From an uncultured Christensenella sp. (GTDB lineage: Bacteria > Bacillota > Clostridia > Christensenellales > UBA3700), in assembly GCA_964478025.1 (NCBI GenBank), contig CAYZGK010000003.1:6645-70644 (forward strand): a stretch of 64,000 bases of DNA, read 5' to 3'. The position numbers were made by a program, and so were the translations under genes. The first letter of the stretch is position 1, and every line of letters starts with the position of its first letter. Below, piece by piece: positions 8,967 through 19,593 of this stretch. A model generated the notes under the pieces. It saw nothing but the letters and a program-made list of their open reading frames with translations. It was not told where the DNA came from and made no database searches.

Positions 8967-11699
8967 ATGGATATGAAAGATTTAAAACAATTAAAAGAAG
9001 ATGCTGAAAATAAGAGTTTGGATATTGCTAAACTTTGCATTTCAGATAAGGAAAAACTTAGTAACTTTATTGAAAAATTAAGAGAAATTATAGATAGTAA
9101 GGAAAATAACCTAAATATCGATTTTACAACAGTTACTATTGTTGATGATGCTGAAGATGAAAATACAAAAGAAAATGTTCCTGAATCTCAAGATAAAGCG
9201 CCTATTGAAGAAGTAAAAGAAGAAGATGTTCCTCAAGTAGAAGAAAAACCTATAGTTGAAAAAGTTCCAGATATTATAGAAGAAAAATCTCAAGAGGAAA
9301 CAAAAGTTGAAGAAAAAATTGTTCCTGTTGAAAACAAAAAAGAAACAGAAACAAAAGAAAATAAAGTTGATGAAGTAAAACAAGAGTCAAAGCCTGTTGA
9401 AAACAAGAATCAAGATAAGCCAGTTATTCATGATGGAAAACCAGTTTATCAATATATAGCCAATAAAGGTAAATGCCAATTATTTGTAGATAAAAACAAC
9501 AAAATTGTTTTAAAAGTAGTTGAGCCAAAACAAGAGAATAAACAACAAGCAGGTGGACACGTTCAACCTGGTTATGGTGGTTATACAAAGCTTGGTCAAA
9601 ATGGAAATAGATCAACACAACCAAATGGTAGAACTGCTCCAAAAACTCAACAAGTTCGTGGTGGTAAACCTTCAGATTTTGCTGCACTTCCTATTAATGA
9701 TACAAAGAAAGATACCTCAAAGAAAAAAGTTGCAGATAAAGGTCATATAGAAAAAACTGAAAAGGGTGGTTTATCTAATCGTGATTTATTCAAAAAAGGT
9801 TACACATATGATACATCAAGAGAAAATTACGATGAAGACGATGATGGTTATGTAAGAATCAAAAATACCAAAAAAGGAGTTAAAAAGCAAGATTCGCAAA
9901 AGATAGAAATAACAGAAGCTGAATTAAACAGTGAAATCATTCCAATTAAGACATTTAGTGAAAAGATTGGTAAACCAGCAACAGAACTTGTTAAGAAGTT
10001 CTTTGAACTTGGTAAAATGATTACTATTAATTCAAATATAACTTTTGAAGAAGCTGAATTAATTGCTCTTGATTATGGTATAACTCTTACTTTAAATGTT
10101 GAAAAAACAGCAGAAGATAAGTTGTCTGAACTTGTTAAAACAAAGAAAGAAACTAGTGGAACAGATAAAAGACCTCCAGTTGTTACTATTATGGGACACG
10201 TTGACCATGGTAAAACATCACTTCTTGACTATATTAGAAAAACAAATGTTATAGCAACAGAAGCTGGTGGTATTACACAACATATCGGTGCATATACAAT
10301 TGATGTAAATGGTGAAAAAATAACATTCTTAGATACACCAGGACACGAAGCTTTTACTTCAATGAGAAGAAGAGGAGCTCAAGTTGCAGATATTGGTATT
10401 ATTGTTGTTTCATTAGATGATTCAATTATGCCACAAACAGTAGAAGCTATTTCTCACGCAAAAGATGCTAATATTCAAATAATTGTTGCTGCAAATAAGA
10501 TAGATAAAATTCCAGCAAATGAAAGACAACAAAAGTTAGATAAATTATATACAGATTTATCTTCATATGATTTACTTCCAGAAAAATGGGGTGGTGATAC
10601 AATAGTTTGTCCAATTTCAGCAAAAACTGGTGAAGGTGTTAATGAATTATTAGATAACATTTTAACAGTTGCAGAAATTCTTGAATTAAAGGCTACAGAC
10701 AAGTCTTTAGCTACAGGTTCTATTATTGAAGCAAGACTAGATAAAGGTATAGGACCAGTTGCAACAGTACTTATTAAAGATGGTACATTAAAGATTAAAG
10801 ATTTCTTAGTTGCTGGAACAAAAATATGTAGAGTTAGAGCAATGACAGATTGGACAGGAAAGTCAGTTAAAACTGCAGGTCCATCTGATGCTGTACAAGT
10901 TCAAGGATTCCAAGAAGTACCATCAACTGGAGATATGTTTATAGTAGTTGAAGATGAAAAGCTAGCTAAAAAGGCCGTAGCTGAAAGAATAGATAAAGAA
11001 AGAAATGCTATGAGTGCTGGAAATAACGCTAGATCTCTTGAAGAAATGTTTAAAGATCAATTACCAGCTGATATGAAAGTTTTACCAATTATTATAAAAG
11101 CTGATGTTCAAGGTTCTGCTGAGGCTGTAAAACAAGCTATGCAAAAACTTTCTGATGAGAGAATTAAAGACAACGTTAAGATTAAAATCGTTCACACTGG
11201 CGTTGGTGCTATAAATGAATCAGATGTAATGCTAGCAGCTACAACAGGTGCAATTATATTAGGATTTGGCGTAAGACCAGAAAGTAAGGCTAAAGTTCAA
11301 GCTGAAAAAGAAAAAATTGATATTAGAACATATTCAATAATTTATGATGCAATTGATGATATCAATGCAGCAATTTCAGGCATGATAGCTCCAACATATA
11401 AGGAAGTTGCCTTAGGTAATGTTGAGATTAGAAATCTATTTAAGATTACGGGCGTTGGTATGATTGCTGGATGTTACGTTCTTGATGGTAAGATTGAGAG
11501 AAATTGTGGTTATAGATTACTAAGAGACAATATCGTTATTCATACAGGTAAGATTGCTTCATTAAAGAGAATGAAAGATGATGTTAAGGAAGTTAACGCA
11601 GGTTATGAATGTGGTGTTGGACTTGACAATTATTCAGATTTTAAAGTAGGCGATGTTATGGAAACATACTTACTTGAGGAAGAAAAAGTAGATGAGTAG
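8967..11699 (+). CDS. infB: Translation initiation factor IF-2
   Basis: G-domain motif GHVDHGKTSLLD plus DTPGHEAF and NKID. GGAGGTG at 8951-8957 favours the ATG at 8967 over the listed GTG at 8949. The N-terminus is K/E-rich and low in complexity. Confidence 0.95.
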   Translation: MDMKDLKQLKEDAENKSLDIAKLCISDKEKLSNFIEKLREIIDSKENNLNIDFTTVTIVDDAEDENTKENVPESQDKAPIEEVKEEDVPQVEEKPIVEKVPDIIEEKSQEETKVEEKIVPVENKKETETKENKVDEVKQESKPVENKNQDKPVIHDGKPVYQYIANKGKCQLFVDKNNKIVLKVVEPKQENKQQAGGHVQPGYGGYTKLGQNGNRSTQPNGRTAPKTQQVRGGKPSDFAALPINDTKKDTSKKKVADKGHIEKTEKGGLSNRDLFKKGYTYDTSRENYDEDDDGYVRIKNTKKGVKKQDSQKIEITEAELNSEIIPIKTFSEKIGKPATELVKKFFELGKMITINSNITFEEAELIALDYGITLTLNVEKTAEDKLSELVKTKKETSGTDKRPPVVTIMGHVDHGKTSLLDYIRKTNVIATEAGGITQHIGAYTIDVNGEKITFLDTPGHEAFTSMRRRGAQVADIGIIVVSLDDSIMPQTVEAISHAKDANIQIIVAANKIDKIPANERQQKLDKLYTDLSSYDLLPEKWGGDTIVCPISAKTGEGVNELLDNILTVAEILELKATDKSLATGSIIEARLDKGIGPVATVLIKDGTLKIKDFLVAGTKICRVRAMTDWTGKSVKTAGPSDAVQVQGFQEVPSTGDMFIVVEDEKLAKKAVAERIDKERNAMSAGNNARSLEEMFKDQLPADMKVLPIIIKADVQGSAEAVKQAMQKLSDERIKDNVKIKIVHTGVGAINESDVMLAATTGAIILGFGVRPESKAKVQAEKEKIDIRTYSIIYDAIDDINAAISGMIAPTYKEVALGNVEIRNLFKITGVGMIAGCYVLDGKIERNCGYRLLRDNIVIHTGKIASLKRMKDDVKEVNAGYECGVGLDNYSDFKVGDVMETYLLEEEKVDE

Positions 11700-12057
11700 A
11701 TTTGAAAGAATAGAAGCTGAACTTGCAAAGCAAATTGCTATTGCAATTCAGCATGGTGTAAAAGATCCAAGAGTTACAGGACTTATAAGCGTTCTTAGAG
11801 TAACAGTAGATACAGAATTAACTTATGCTAAAGTTTATGTATCCATTCTTGGAGCTACAGGTAAAGAAGCTGAAGTTATTGAAGGACTTAATTCAGCACA
11901 AGGTTATATTAAACAAAAGATTAATAAACAAATGAAATTAAGAAAACTTCCTTCATTACATTTTATTTATGACGATTCAATAGCTTATGGTTCATATATG
12001 AATCAAAGATTAACTGAAGTTGTAAAAGAGGACGAACAAAAAGATAACGAAAAATAA
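11692..12057 (+). CDS. rbfA: Ribosome-binding factor A
   Basis: The start overlaps the infB stop. The RbfA-like sequence DPRV...ISVLRVTVDTELTYAKVYVS is present. Confidence 0.9.
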   Translation: MSRFERIEAELAKQIAIAIQHGVKDPRVTGLISVLRVTVDTELTYAKVYVSILGATGKEAEVIEGLNSAQGYIKQKINKQMKLRKLPSLHFIYDDSIAYGSYMNQRLTEVVKEDEQKDNEK

Positions 12058-12060
12058 CTT

Positions 12061-13029
12061 ATGTACGAAGAGTTTATAAATATTATAAATAACAAAAATA
12101 ATAAAAAATTTATGATAATATCACATATAAATCCAGATGGAGATACATGTGGTTGTGCTTTAGCATTATATAAAGCACTTGTAAACTTTGGTAAAGAAGT
12201 TGAAGTTTTTTGTTCATCAGAGTTTAACTCAAAGTTATCTTATATTCCAAATTTTGAAGTTTATAACAAAACAAAACCATCAATGTATGACGTTTGTATT
12301 GCGGTAGATTGTGCTGATGAAAAAAGATTAGGAGATTATTTAGATAACTTTTTAAAAACAAAACAAAGAATAGTTATAGATCATCACGGAACTAACACAT
12401 ATTTTGGTCAAATTAATTATGTAAATCCAAAAGCTGCCGCAGCATGTGAAATTATATATGAAATAATTCAAGAAATGTGCAAGATAAAGAATTGCTTTGA
12501 TGATGATATAGCAAAAGCCCTATATTCTGGAATTATCACAGATAGTGGTAATTTTATGAACTCTAATACAACCGATAGAACAAAAGAAATTGCAAAAGAA
12601 CTTGCACAAAATTCAAATATAAATACACAAGATATTATTAATCATTTTATGAATTCAGTATCATTGCCAGTATTTAAATTAAAAAATTTAGTACTTAGCA
12701 AGGCAAAATTTTATGAAGACAATAAAATTGGCATTATTTATTTTTCTATTGACGATTTTAATAAAACTGGAACAACAATGCTAGATACTGAAGGCATAAT
12801 AAATGAAATAAAGAATATTGATGGAATTAAAATTGCAGTTGCAATTACTCAAAAATCTGAAAATGATTATAAAATAAGTCTAAGATCAGTTCCTTCATCT
12901 CCTGTAGATAGACTAGCTGCTTCCTTTGGGGGTGGCGGACATCCTTGTGCTGCAGGTTTTGCTCTTCAAGGAAATTACTATGATGTTTTAGATAGAGTAA
13001 TTTACGCTTGTAAACAATATGTCGAATAA
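12061..13029 (+). CDS. nrnA: DHH/DHHA1 phosphoesterase (NrnA-like oligoribonuclease/pAp phosphatase)
   Basis: Motifs HINPDGD, DCAD and IDHHGTN, plus the DHHA1 motif GGGGHPCAAG. Confidence 0.8.
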   Translation: MYEEFINIINNKNNKKFMIISHINPDGDTCGCALALYKALVNFGKEVEVFCSSEFNSKLSYIPNFEVYNKTKPSMYDVCIAVDCADEKRLGDYLDNFLKTKQRIVIDHHGTNTYFGQINYVNPKAAAACEIIYEIIQEMCKIKNCFDDDIAKALYSGIITDSGNFMNSNTTDRTKEIAKELAQNSNINTQDIINHFMNSVSLPVFKLKNLVLSKAKFYEDNKIGIIYFSIDDFNKTGTTMLDTEGIINEIKNIDGIKIAVAITQKSENDYKISLRSVPSSPVDRLAASFGGGGHPCAAGFALQGNYYDVLDRVIYACKQYVE

Positions 13030-13906
13030 TAATTTTTTTATCGCTATAAATAAACCATTAAATTGGACATCAAGTGATGTCGTTGTTAAATGTAGAAACT
13101 TAGTATCAAAAGCTCTAAATGAAAAAGTAAAAGCAGGGCACATGGGAACACTTGATCCTGGAGCTACAGGCCTTTTGCTTGTTGGCATTAATAAAGCAAA
13201 TAGACTTTTTGATTACCTTCTTTTAAAAAAGAAAACTTACATTGGAACTTTAACATTTGGAAAAAGCACTGATACACAAGATTCATATGGTGAGGTTATT
13301 AGTGAAAGTGAGCTTCCAAGTATAAACGCCGTAAGAGAGCATTTAAAAGGTTTTGTTGGTGAGATTACACAAATACCACCAAAATATTCTGCCATTAAAA
13401 TTAACGGCCAAAAAGCCTATGATATGGCAAGAAAGAATAAAGACTTTATAATTCCTGAAAGAAAAGTAACTATTTATAATCTAAAAGAAAATAATGTATC
13501 TTTAAGTGGAGATAAAGTTGAATCTATTGAACTTGCTGTTGAGTGTTCATCAGGAACTTATATTAGGACTTTATTTACAGATATAGCAAAATCTTTAAAT
13601 GTAGATGGGTATATGTCCAAACTTAATAGAATTGAACTTGCGTCAATAAAATTAGAGGATTCTATAACAATTGAAAAGCTTAGTGAAAATCCATTAAGTA
13701 AAAAAATTGAAATGATAGATGTTATAAAAAATATAATGCCTACATATGAACTTTCAGATTTCGAGTATAAATTAATTGCACAAGGTAATAAAATAAAAAT
13801 AGACAATAAACAGGATGATTTTATAGCACTAACATATAAAAATGAATTAAAATTTATTGGGAAAAATGTGTTAGGGGAAGTTAAATCAAATACAAACTTA
13901 GAATAA
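13019..13906 (+). CDS. truB: tRNA pseudouridine-55 synthase TruB
   Basis: Catalytic motif GHMGTLDPGATGLL, and position after rbfA and nrnA. Confidence 0.9.
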   Translation: MSNNNFFIAINKPLNWTSSDVVVKCRNLVSKALNEKVKAGHMGTLDPGATGLLLVGINKANRLFDYLLLKKKTYIGTLTFGKSTDTQDSYGEVISESELPSINAVREHLKGFVGEITQIPPKYSAIKINGQKAYDMARKNKDFIIPERKVTIYNLKENNVSLSGDKVESIELAVECSSGTYIRTLFTDIAKSLNVDGYMSKLNRIELASIKLEDSITIEKLSENPLSKKIEMIDVIKNIMPTYELSDFEYKLIAQGNKIKIDNKQDDFIALTYKNELKFIGKNVLGEVKSNTNLE

Positions 13907-13907
13907 A

Positions 13908-14837
13908 ATGAAAAGTGAATGTGAAATGAAAATATTAAACTATAACGATAAAAATTTAGATGCACAAGTTTTGTGTTTAGGTTTTTTCGATTGTATACAT
14001 AAAGGACACTTAAAACTAATAACAAAAGCTAAAAGTTTGGCAAATAAATATAATGCAAAAGTATCCCTATTTACATTTTCAAATAATCCACTCTCACTTT
14101 TTTCAGAAGATAAATTAATATTTACATTTAGTGAGAGATGTTTTGCATTAAACCAATTAAACATAGACTATGTATATAAGGCTGAGTTTGATAAAGAATT
14201 TTCTAAAATAAATGCAAAAGATTTCCTTGATTTAATAATTAAGGACAAAAATATAAAAGCAATAGTTTGTGGCGAAGATTACACATTTGGATATAAAAAA
14301 GAAGGAAATGTTGAATTTTTAAGTAAATATTGCATGGAAAATAACATTGAATTATCTATTGTAGATATATACAAGGTAAATGGAGAAAAAATTGCATCAA
14401 GAGTTATTAGAAAGTTAGTTGAAAAAGGATCTATTACTCAAATAAATGCAAATTTATCTAGTCCTTATATAATTCAAGGAAAAGTTATAAGTGGCAAGGG
14501 TATTGGACATAAAGATTTATATCCAACAGCAAATATACAAATAGATAGTGATAAAGTGAAATTAGGCGAAGGTGTTTATTTTACTCAAGCTATAATAAAT
14601 GGAGTAAGATTAAGGTCAGTAACTAATGTTGGAGTGCAACCAACGGTAAATGGAAATAGTTATCAAATTGAAACTTATATTATCTACTACAACAAAGACT
14701 TATATGGAAAGGAAATAACTCTTGAATTTATAGAAAGGTTAAGAGATATTAAAAAATTTAATTCAAAGATAGAATTAAAAATGCAAATTGAACAAGATAT
14801 AAATTATGTTTGTTCATTAAACGGAGGATATGATTAA
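13908..14837 (+). CDS. ribF: Bifunctional riboflavin kinase / FAD synthetase
   Basis: The sequence LGFFDCIHKGH is the nucleotidyltransferase motif, and a C-terminal riboflavin kinase region follows (GKGIGHKDLYPTANI). The ATG at 13926 is an alternative start. Confidence 0.9.
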   Translation: MKSECEMKILNYNDKNLDAQVLCLGFFDCIHKGHLKLITKAKSLANKYNAKVSLFTFSNNPLSLFSEDKLIFTFSERCFALNQLNIDYVYKAEFDKEFSKINAKDFLDLIIKDKNIKAIVCGEDYTFGYKKEGNVEFLSKYCMENNIELSIVDIYKVNGEKIASRVIRKLVEKGSITQINANLSSPYIIQGKVISGKGIGHKDLYPTANIQIDSDKVKLGEGVYFTQAIINGVRLRSVTNVGVQPTVNGNSYQIETYIIYYNKDLYGKEITLEFIERLRDIKKFNSKIELKMQIEQDINYVCSLNGGYD

Positions 14838-15688
14838 TGATAAAATTTGGCCCTAGTGGAAGTTGTGAAGAATTTAAAGCTCAAAACTTCAAGAAGTTAA
14901 CTGATGGAATTCCTTGGCTAAAGGAAAAGGGAATTGATTGTTTTGAATATTCTTTTGGAAGAGGTGTAAATATATCTGAAGATACAGCTATATCTACTGG
15001 CAACGCATTTAAAGCAGCAAACATTGAAATGTCTGTTCATGCACCATACTTTATTAACTTAGCAACAATTGAAGAAGAAAAGAAAAACAACAATATAAAT
15101 TATATAATGGACTCACTTCAAGCACTAAAGTGGTTTCAAGGAAATAGAGTTGTATTTCACCCAGGATCTCCTTGTAAATTAGAAAGAAGAGAAGCAATGA
15201 ATGTTTTATTAAAAGCTTTTGAAAAAATAGTTGAGATAAAACATGAAAGAGGATACGATGACTTATTACTTTGCCCTGAAACTATGGGAAAAGGTGCTCA
15301 ACTTGGCGATTTAGATGAAATTATTGAAATTGTAAATCATGGAGATAAATCAATTGTTCCATGTATAGATTTTGGTCATTTAAATGCAAGAGATTGTGGT
15401 GGTATTAAAACAAAGGATGACTATAGAAGAATTATAGATAAATTAATAGATAAAATTGGATTTGAAAAAGCAGAAAAAATCCATGTTCATTTTTCAAAAA
15501 TTGAATATACAGGAAAAGGAGAGGTTAGACATTTAACATTTGATGACACAAAATTTGGTCCAGAGTTTGAACCACTAATGGAAATCTTTAAAGAATATAA
15601 GATGAATCCATATGTTATTTGTGAAAGTTCAGGAACTCAAACAAGAGATTCCATGTTAATGAAAAATTATTATAATAGCCTAAATTAA
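14837..15688 (+). CDS. Endonuclease IV-like (AP endonuclease family 2) TIM-barrel protein
   Basis: The metal-ligand pattern matches Nfo-type enzymes: HAPYFINLA, VVFHPGS, PETMG, CIDFGH, HVHFS. Confidence 0.55.
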   Translation: MIKFGPSGSCEEFKAQNFKKLTDGIPWLKEKGIDCFEYSFGRGVNISEDTAISTGNAFKAANIEMSVHAPYFINLATIEEEKKNNNINYIMDSLQALKWFQGNRVVFHPGSPCKLERREAMNVLLKAFEKIVEIKHERGYDDLLLCPETMGKGAQLGDLDEIIEIVNHGDKSIVPCIDFGHLNARDCGGIKTKDDYRRIIDKLIDKIGFEKAEKIHVHFSKIEYTGKGEVRHLTFDDTKFGPEFEPLMEIFKEYKMNPYVICESSGTQTRDSMLMKNYYNSLN

Positions 15689-15692
15689 GATT

Positions 15693-16733
15693 ATGAGTAA
15701 ATGTAGTGAATTATTTGATAAATGTGAATGTGATGCATTATTAGTGTTATCTCCAAGTAATACATTTTATTTATCTGGCTTTGAATCTAGTAACTGCCAA
15801 ATAATTATTACTAAAAACGAAAAGTATTTTATTACAGATAGAAGATACACAAATGAAGCAGAAATTGTATTAAAAAATGAATTTGAAGTCATAGATGGAG
15901 ATTTTGATTCAATTATAGATATTTTAACACCTTACAAAAAAATTGGTTGGGATAGCAATATCTCATATTATGAGGCTAAAAAAGTTTTAGAAAAATTATC
16001 TAATAAAACATTAGTTGAAATATCAAAAGATATTGAAACTCTTAGAATGTTTAAATCTAAGCAAGAATTAGAAAATATAGTAATTGCTCAATCTATTACT
16101 GAAAAAGGCTTTAATGAGGCTTTAAAAGCTTTGAAAGAGGGAGTAAGTGAAATAGAAATAGCCGCTCTTATTGAATATGTTTACTTAAAAAACGGAGCAG
16201 AACTTGCGTTTGATTCAATTGTAGCTTTTGGAAAAAATGGAGCATCACCACATGCTCATAGAACAAATAACAAATTAAAATCAGGCGATTTTGTTACAAT
16301 GGATATTGGTGCAAAATGGAAAGGATATTGTTCAGATATGACAAGAACTGTTGCTTGTGGACAAGTATCTAGTAAACAATTAGATGTATATAACACAGTG
16401 CTTCAAGCTCAACTTAAGGCTGAAAAAGAAATTAAAGCTGGTATGAGCGGATATGAGGCAGATAAAATTGCTAGAGATTATATAAGGGATAAAGGTTACG
16501 GAGAATATTTTACTCACGCACTAGGTCATAGCGTAGGTGTAGATATTCATGAAAATATTACGTTGTCAATGCGTGCAAAGAGTGATATAATACGTAATGG
16601 TATGGTTGTAACAGTTGAACCAGGCATATATATTCCTGATTTTTGTGGTGTTAGAATCGAAGATACTGTATTGATAGAAAACAATGTTGTCAATCCTTTG
16701 GCACATGCAAATAAAAATTTAATAATTATATAA
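15693..16733 (+). CDS. pepP: Xaa-Pro aminopeptidase (M24 family)
   Basis: M24 metal ligands are present (DIGAKWKGYCSDMTRT, HALGHSVGVDIHE, VEPGIY, RIEDTV), and the gene sits upstream of efp as in Bacillus (yqhT-efp). Confidence 0.85.
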   Translation: MSKCSELFDKCECDALLVLSPSNTFYLSGFESSNCQIIITKNEKYFITDRRYTNEAEIVLKNEFEVIDGDFDSIIDILTPYKKIGWDSNISYYEAKKVLEKLSNKTLVEISKDIETLRMFKSKQELENIVIAQSITEKGFNEALKALKEGVSEIEIAALIEYVYLKNGAELAFDSIVAFGKNGASPHAHRTNNKLKSGDFVTMDIGAKWKGYCSDMTRTVACGQVSSKQLDVYNTVLQAQLKAEKEIKAGMSGYEADKIARDYIRDKGYGEYFTHALGHSVGVDIHENITLSMRAKSDIIRNGMVVTVEPGIYIPDFCGVRIEDTVLIENNVVNPLAHANKNLIII

Positions 16734-16752
16734 ATACTTTTGGAGGTATACT

Positions 16753-17316
16753 ATGGGCTATGTATTAGCTGGAGATTTTAGAAAAGGTGTTACTTTCTTA
16801 TATGAAGGTAAAGTTGTTACTATTGTAGACTTTTTACATGTTAAACCAGGTAAAGGTGCTGCTTTCGTTAGAACAAAATTAAGAGATGTTATCAATGGTG
16901 GAACAGTTGAATTAACTTTCAACCCAACAGCAAAATTTGAAACAGCTGAAATTAATTATAAAAAGATGCAATATTCTTATTCAGATGGGGATTTAGTTTA
17001 TTTCATGGATCCAGATACATTTGATATGATTCCAGTTAATAGAGATATGTGCGAAGATGCATTAAAATTCGTAGTAGAAGGTGGAGAAGTTACAGTTAAC
17101 TTCTATAATGGAAGCCCATTTGCAGTAGATGCTCCAAACTTTGTTGAATTAACAATTACTCATTCAGAACCAGGAGTTAAGGGAAATACAGCTCAAGGTA
17201 CAACAAAACCAGCTACTCTTGAAACAGGTTATGAAATCCAAGTTCCTTTATTCGTAAATGAAGGTGAAAAGATTAGAGTAGATACAAGAACTGGCGAATA
17301 TATGTCAAGAGTTTAA
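16753..17316 (+). CDS. efp: Elongation factor P
   Basis: The sequence KPGKGAAFVRTKLRDV is present at 187 aa, with a strong GGAGG RBS. Confidence 0.95.
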   Translation: MGYVLAGDFRKGVTFLYEGKVVTIVDFLHVKPGKGAAFVRTKLRDVINGGTVELTFNPTAKFETAEINYKKMQYSYSDGDLVYFMDPDTFDMIPVNRDMCEDALKFVVEGGEVTVNFYNGSPFAVDAPNFVELTITHSEPGVKGNTAQGTTKPATLETGYEIQVPLFVNEGEKIRVDTRTGEYMSRV

Positions 17317-17339
17317 TATCTAATAAAATTGAATACTAT

Positions 17340-17374
17340 AAGATCTAACACAAAAGTTAGGTCTTATTTTTTTT
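17340..17374 (+). terminator. Rho-independent terminator after efp
   Basis: The stem AAGATCTAAC pairs with GTTAGGTCTT (one G-T pair), with loop ACAAAA. A run of eight T residues follows at 17367-17374. Confidence 0.8.
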
Positions 17375-17469
17375 GCAATATAGACAATTACTAAATAAAA
17401 TGTTAATATAATCTTAATTAATGTATCTTCACTTTTAAACAGTAATATCGTTTTTAATTCGGAGTAAAA

Positions 17470-19146
17470 ATGAGAAAAATATTTTTGAAATTTGCACTTA
17501 TTTTAATAATACCTTTAATGTTTTTATGCTCTTGCAGTAAAAACGAGCAAACTCCAATAGAAAATAATCAACCTAGTATAGAGATACAAACGCCACCTAG
17601 TAAAGAGATAGAAACACCATCTGAAAATACTCAACAACCACCTGATGACCAAGCTTCTAATATAGAGTATTGTTCAGTTTCTTTCCAATATAATTCATCT
17701 GAATATAATGAAACAGTGAATGTAATAAAAGGTGAAAAGATTTCAAGTCCTAAACTTTCCTGCGAAAATGGTTATTTTATAGAATGGTTTACAAACGAAG
17801 AGTGTACTGAAAGTTATAATTTTTATAATACAGTTGAAAATTCTTTTATTCTTTATGGTAAAAAATTTAAGGAACTAAATGAAAGTTTTTTTGCTTATGA
17901 AAATTATACTCCAGATGAAACAATTGATAGTGAAGAAGAACTTATAAATTACGCAGAATATATTAATTTTAATGGAATTAAAGATGAAAATTTTTATGAA
18001 GTTACTTACAGTGATTTTGATTGTTCAATAGACGCAATTACTAATTTAATAGCAAATAGAGTAACAATGCCTATTGTTGCTCATGGAATAGAAACAAAAA
18101 CAGAGGATGGCAAAAATTATATTTATATTAGTGCAGTAAAACAAATTCCAGACAATTTAGAAACATATGTCGTAGAAGATAAACCTGAACAAATTTATGC
18201 CGTAGAATTTGCTGAATTAGACAATTTTGTAAGTCAAAGAGATGAAAATTTTGATGATTTTAAGTATAACAATTTACAAAAAACCGTTGAGGTAAAATCA
18301 ACACTCCAATTATTTTATGCCTTGGAGCATAGGGTAAAACCTATACCGCAAAAAGATTCTCCTGCTGAAAAAGCTCTAAATCAATGCAAAGTTATATTAA
18401 GAAAAATTTGTGATGATTCTTTAAGCGATTTAGAAAAAGCAAGACATATTTATATGTACTTAATTAAAAATGTAAATTATATTTCGCCTGAATACTCGGA
18501 TGAATACTCGAAATTAACTGAGTGGTCAGTTTATGATGCATATCAGGCAGAAGGAATTTTAAACAATGGCGCAGGTGTTTGTGATGGAATTTGTAAGACA
18601 TTAAGTATTTTAATGAATATGGAGGGAATCCGCTGCGTAAGGGCTAAAAATGACGATATATCTCATGCATGGAATGAGGCATTTATTAATGGTAAGTGGT
18701 ATACAATTGATGCAACTTTTGGAAACTATACATATAACGAAAATGGTACAAAAGAGTGTTTAGTATTTTACTCCTTTATGACAAATGAAGAAATTGAAAA
18801 AAATATTTGGAATATTACCGAAACAATGCGAACAGAAATAGTTGCCGATGGAGTATATAACTATTATAAAAACACGTATTATAGCTATAATGGAAATTGT
18901 TACGATTACTATATTGAAAGTGAAGAAGAATTACGTTATTTATTTTCATATGCAATGGAAGTTGCTAAAAAACAAAATGTAACAACTTTTTCTGTCAATT
19001 TTATTATTCGATATAATCCAGAAGAAGGCTTTAGCGATATGATGAAAAATGCAAAGGCTCAAGCAGGAGTAGAAGGCTCAATATTAGTTACACAATTATC
19101 TAGTACGGCAAATGATGAAATGAACTTACTTGTAGTTTTTGAATAA
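17470..19146 (+). CDS. Lipoprotein with transglutaminase-like core (paralog of 3330-5375)
   Basis: Lipobox FLCSCS and the core GAGVCDGICKTLSILMNMEGIRCVRAKNDDISHAWNEAFINGKWYTIDATF. The segment NFDDFKYNN...LQLFYALEH...DSLSDLEKARHIYMYLIKNVNY aligns with the paralog. Confidence 0.7.
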   Translation: MRKIFLKFALILIIPLMFLCSCSKNEQTPIENNQPSIEIQTPPSKEIETPSENTQQPPDDQASNIEYCSVSFQYNSSEYNETVNVIKGEKISSPKLSCENGYFIEWFTNEECTESYNFYNTVENSFILYGKKFKELNESFFAYENYTPDETIDSEEELINYAEYINFNGIKDENFYEVTYSDFDCSIDAITNLIANRVTMPIVAHGIETKTEDGKNYIYISAVKQIPDNLETYVVEDKPEQIYAVEFAELDNFVSQRDENFDDFKYNNLQKTVEVKSTLQLFYALEHRVKPIPQKDSPAEKALNQCKVILRKICDDSLSDLEKARHIYMYLIKNVNYISPEYSDEYSKLTEWSVYDAYQAEGILNNGAGVCDGICKTLSILMNMEGIRCVRAKNDDISHAWNEAFINGKWYTIDATFGNYTYNENGTKECLVFYSFMTNEEIEKNIWNITETMRTEIVADGVYNYYKNTYYSYNGNCYDYYIESEEELRYLFSYAMEVAKKQNVTTFSVNFIIRYNPEEGFSDMMKNAKAQAGVEGSILVTQLSSTANDEMNLLVVFE

Positions 19147-19156
19147 ACTAACTTAT

Positions 19157-19188
19157 AAATAATTCGTCTAATTATTTAATATTTTTTT
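19157..19188 (+). terminator. Weak AT-only hairpin plus T-run (possible terminator)
   Basis: AAATAATT (19157-19164) and AATTATTT (19170-19177) flank the loop CGTCT, and seven T residues lie at 19182-19188. Confidence 0.4.
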
Positions 19189-19200
19189 AAATTTTATTAA

Positions 19201-19236
19201 GAAATTGTTGTAATTTCAAAATGAAACAGATATAAT
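19201..19236 (+). promoter_or_regulatory. Candidate promoter with overlapping inverted repeat upstream of the XRE gene
   Basis: The -35 element is TTGTAA (19208-19213), the spacer is 17 nt, and the -10 element is TATAAT (19231-19236). The inverted repeat GAAATT (19201-19206) / AATTTC (19212-19217) overlaps the -35. Confidence 0.5.
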
Positions 19237-19275
19237 ATAATTAAATTTAGGTGTAAGAAAATATGGAGGTAACTT

Positions 19276-19593
19276 ATGACTGAATTTGCTAATAGAACAA
19301 AACGATTAATGGCTGAAAAAAATATTAATCAAAAAGAATTGTCAAAAATGAGTGGAATATCAGAATCTACTATTTGTAGATATTTAAAAGGTAAAAAAAC
19401 TCCAAGACTTGATATTGTGATTAATGTTTCTAAAGCTTTAGGAGTTAATGAAAATTATCTTTTAGGAGGTGAAAATAGCCAAAATAAAGAAAGTTCATAT
19501 GTAGAAACGAGAAATATCATCATGCGTAATAGAGGTGATTTATCTGATTCAGAAAAAACGGAACTTTTAAAACTATTATTTGGTGATAAATAA
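19276..19593 (+). CDS. XRE-family helix-turn-helix transcriptional regulator
   Basis: The sequence INQKELSKMSGISESTICRYLKGKKTPRLDIVINVSKALGV is a canonical HTH_3. The RBS is GGAGGT. Confidence 0.85.
   Translation: MTEFANRTKRLMAEKNINQKELSKMSGISESTICRYLKGKKTPRLDIVINVSKALGVNENYLLGGENSQNKESSYVETRNIIMRNRGDLSDSEKTELLKLLFGDK

Noticed and set aside
9111-9383. A Phe/Asn-rich 90-aa antisense ORF inside infB. Similar antisense ORFs occur at 601-825, 7929-8246, 13558-14025, 28819-29271, 38627-38929, 38969-39277 and 63081-63392.
   Set aside because: All lie fully inside well-supported conserved genes on the other strand. They have skewed low-complexity composition typical of AT-rich antisense frames and lack RBS motifs.
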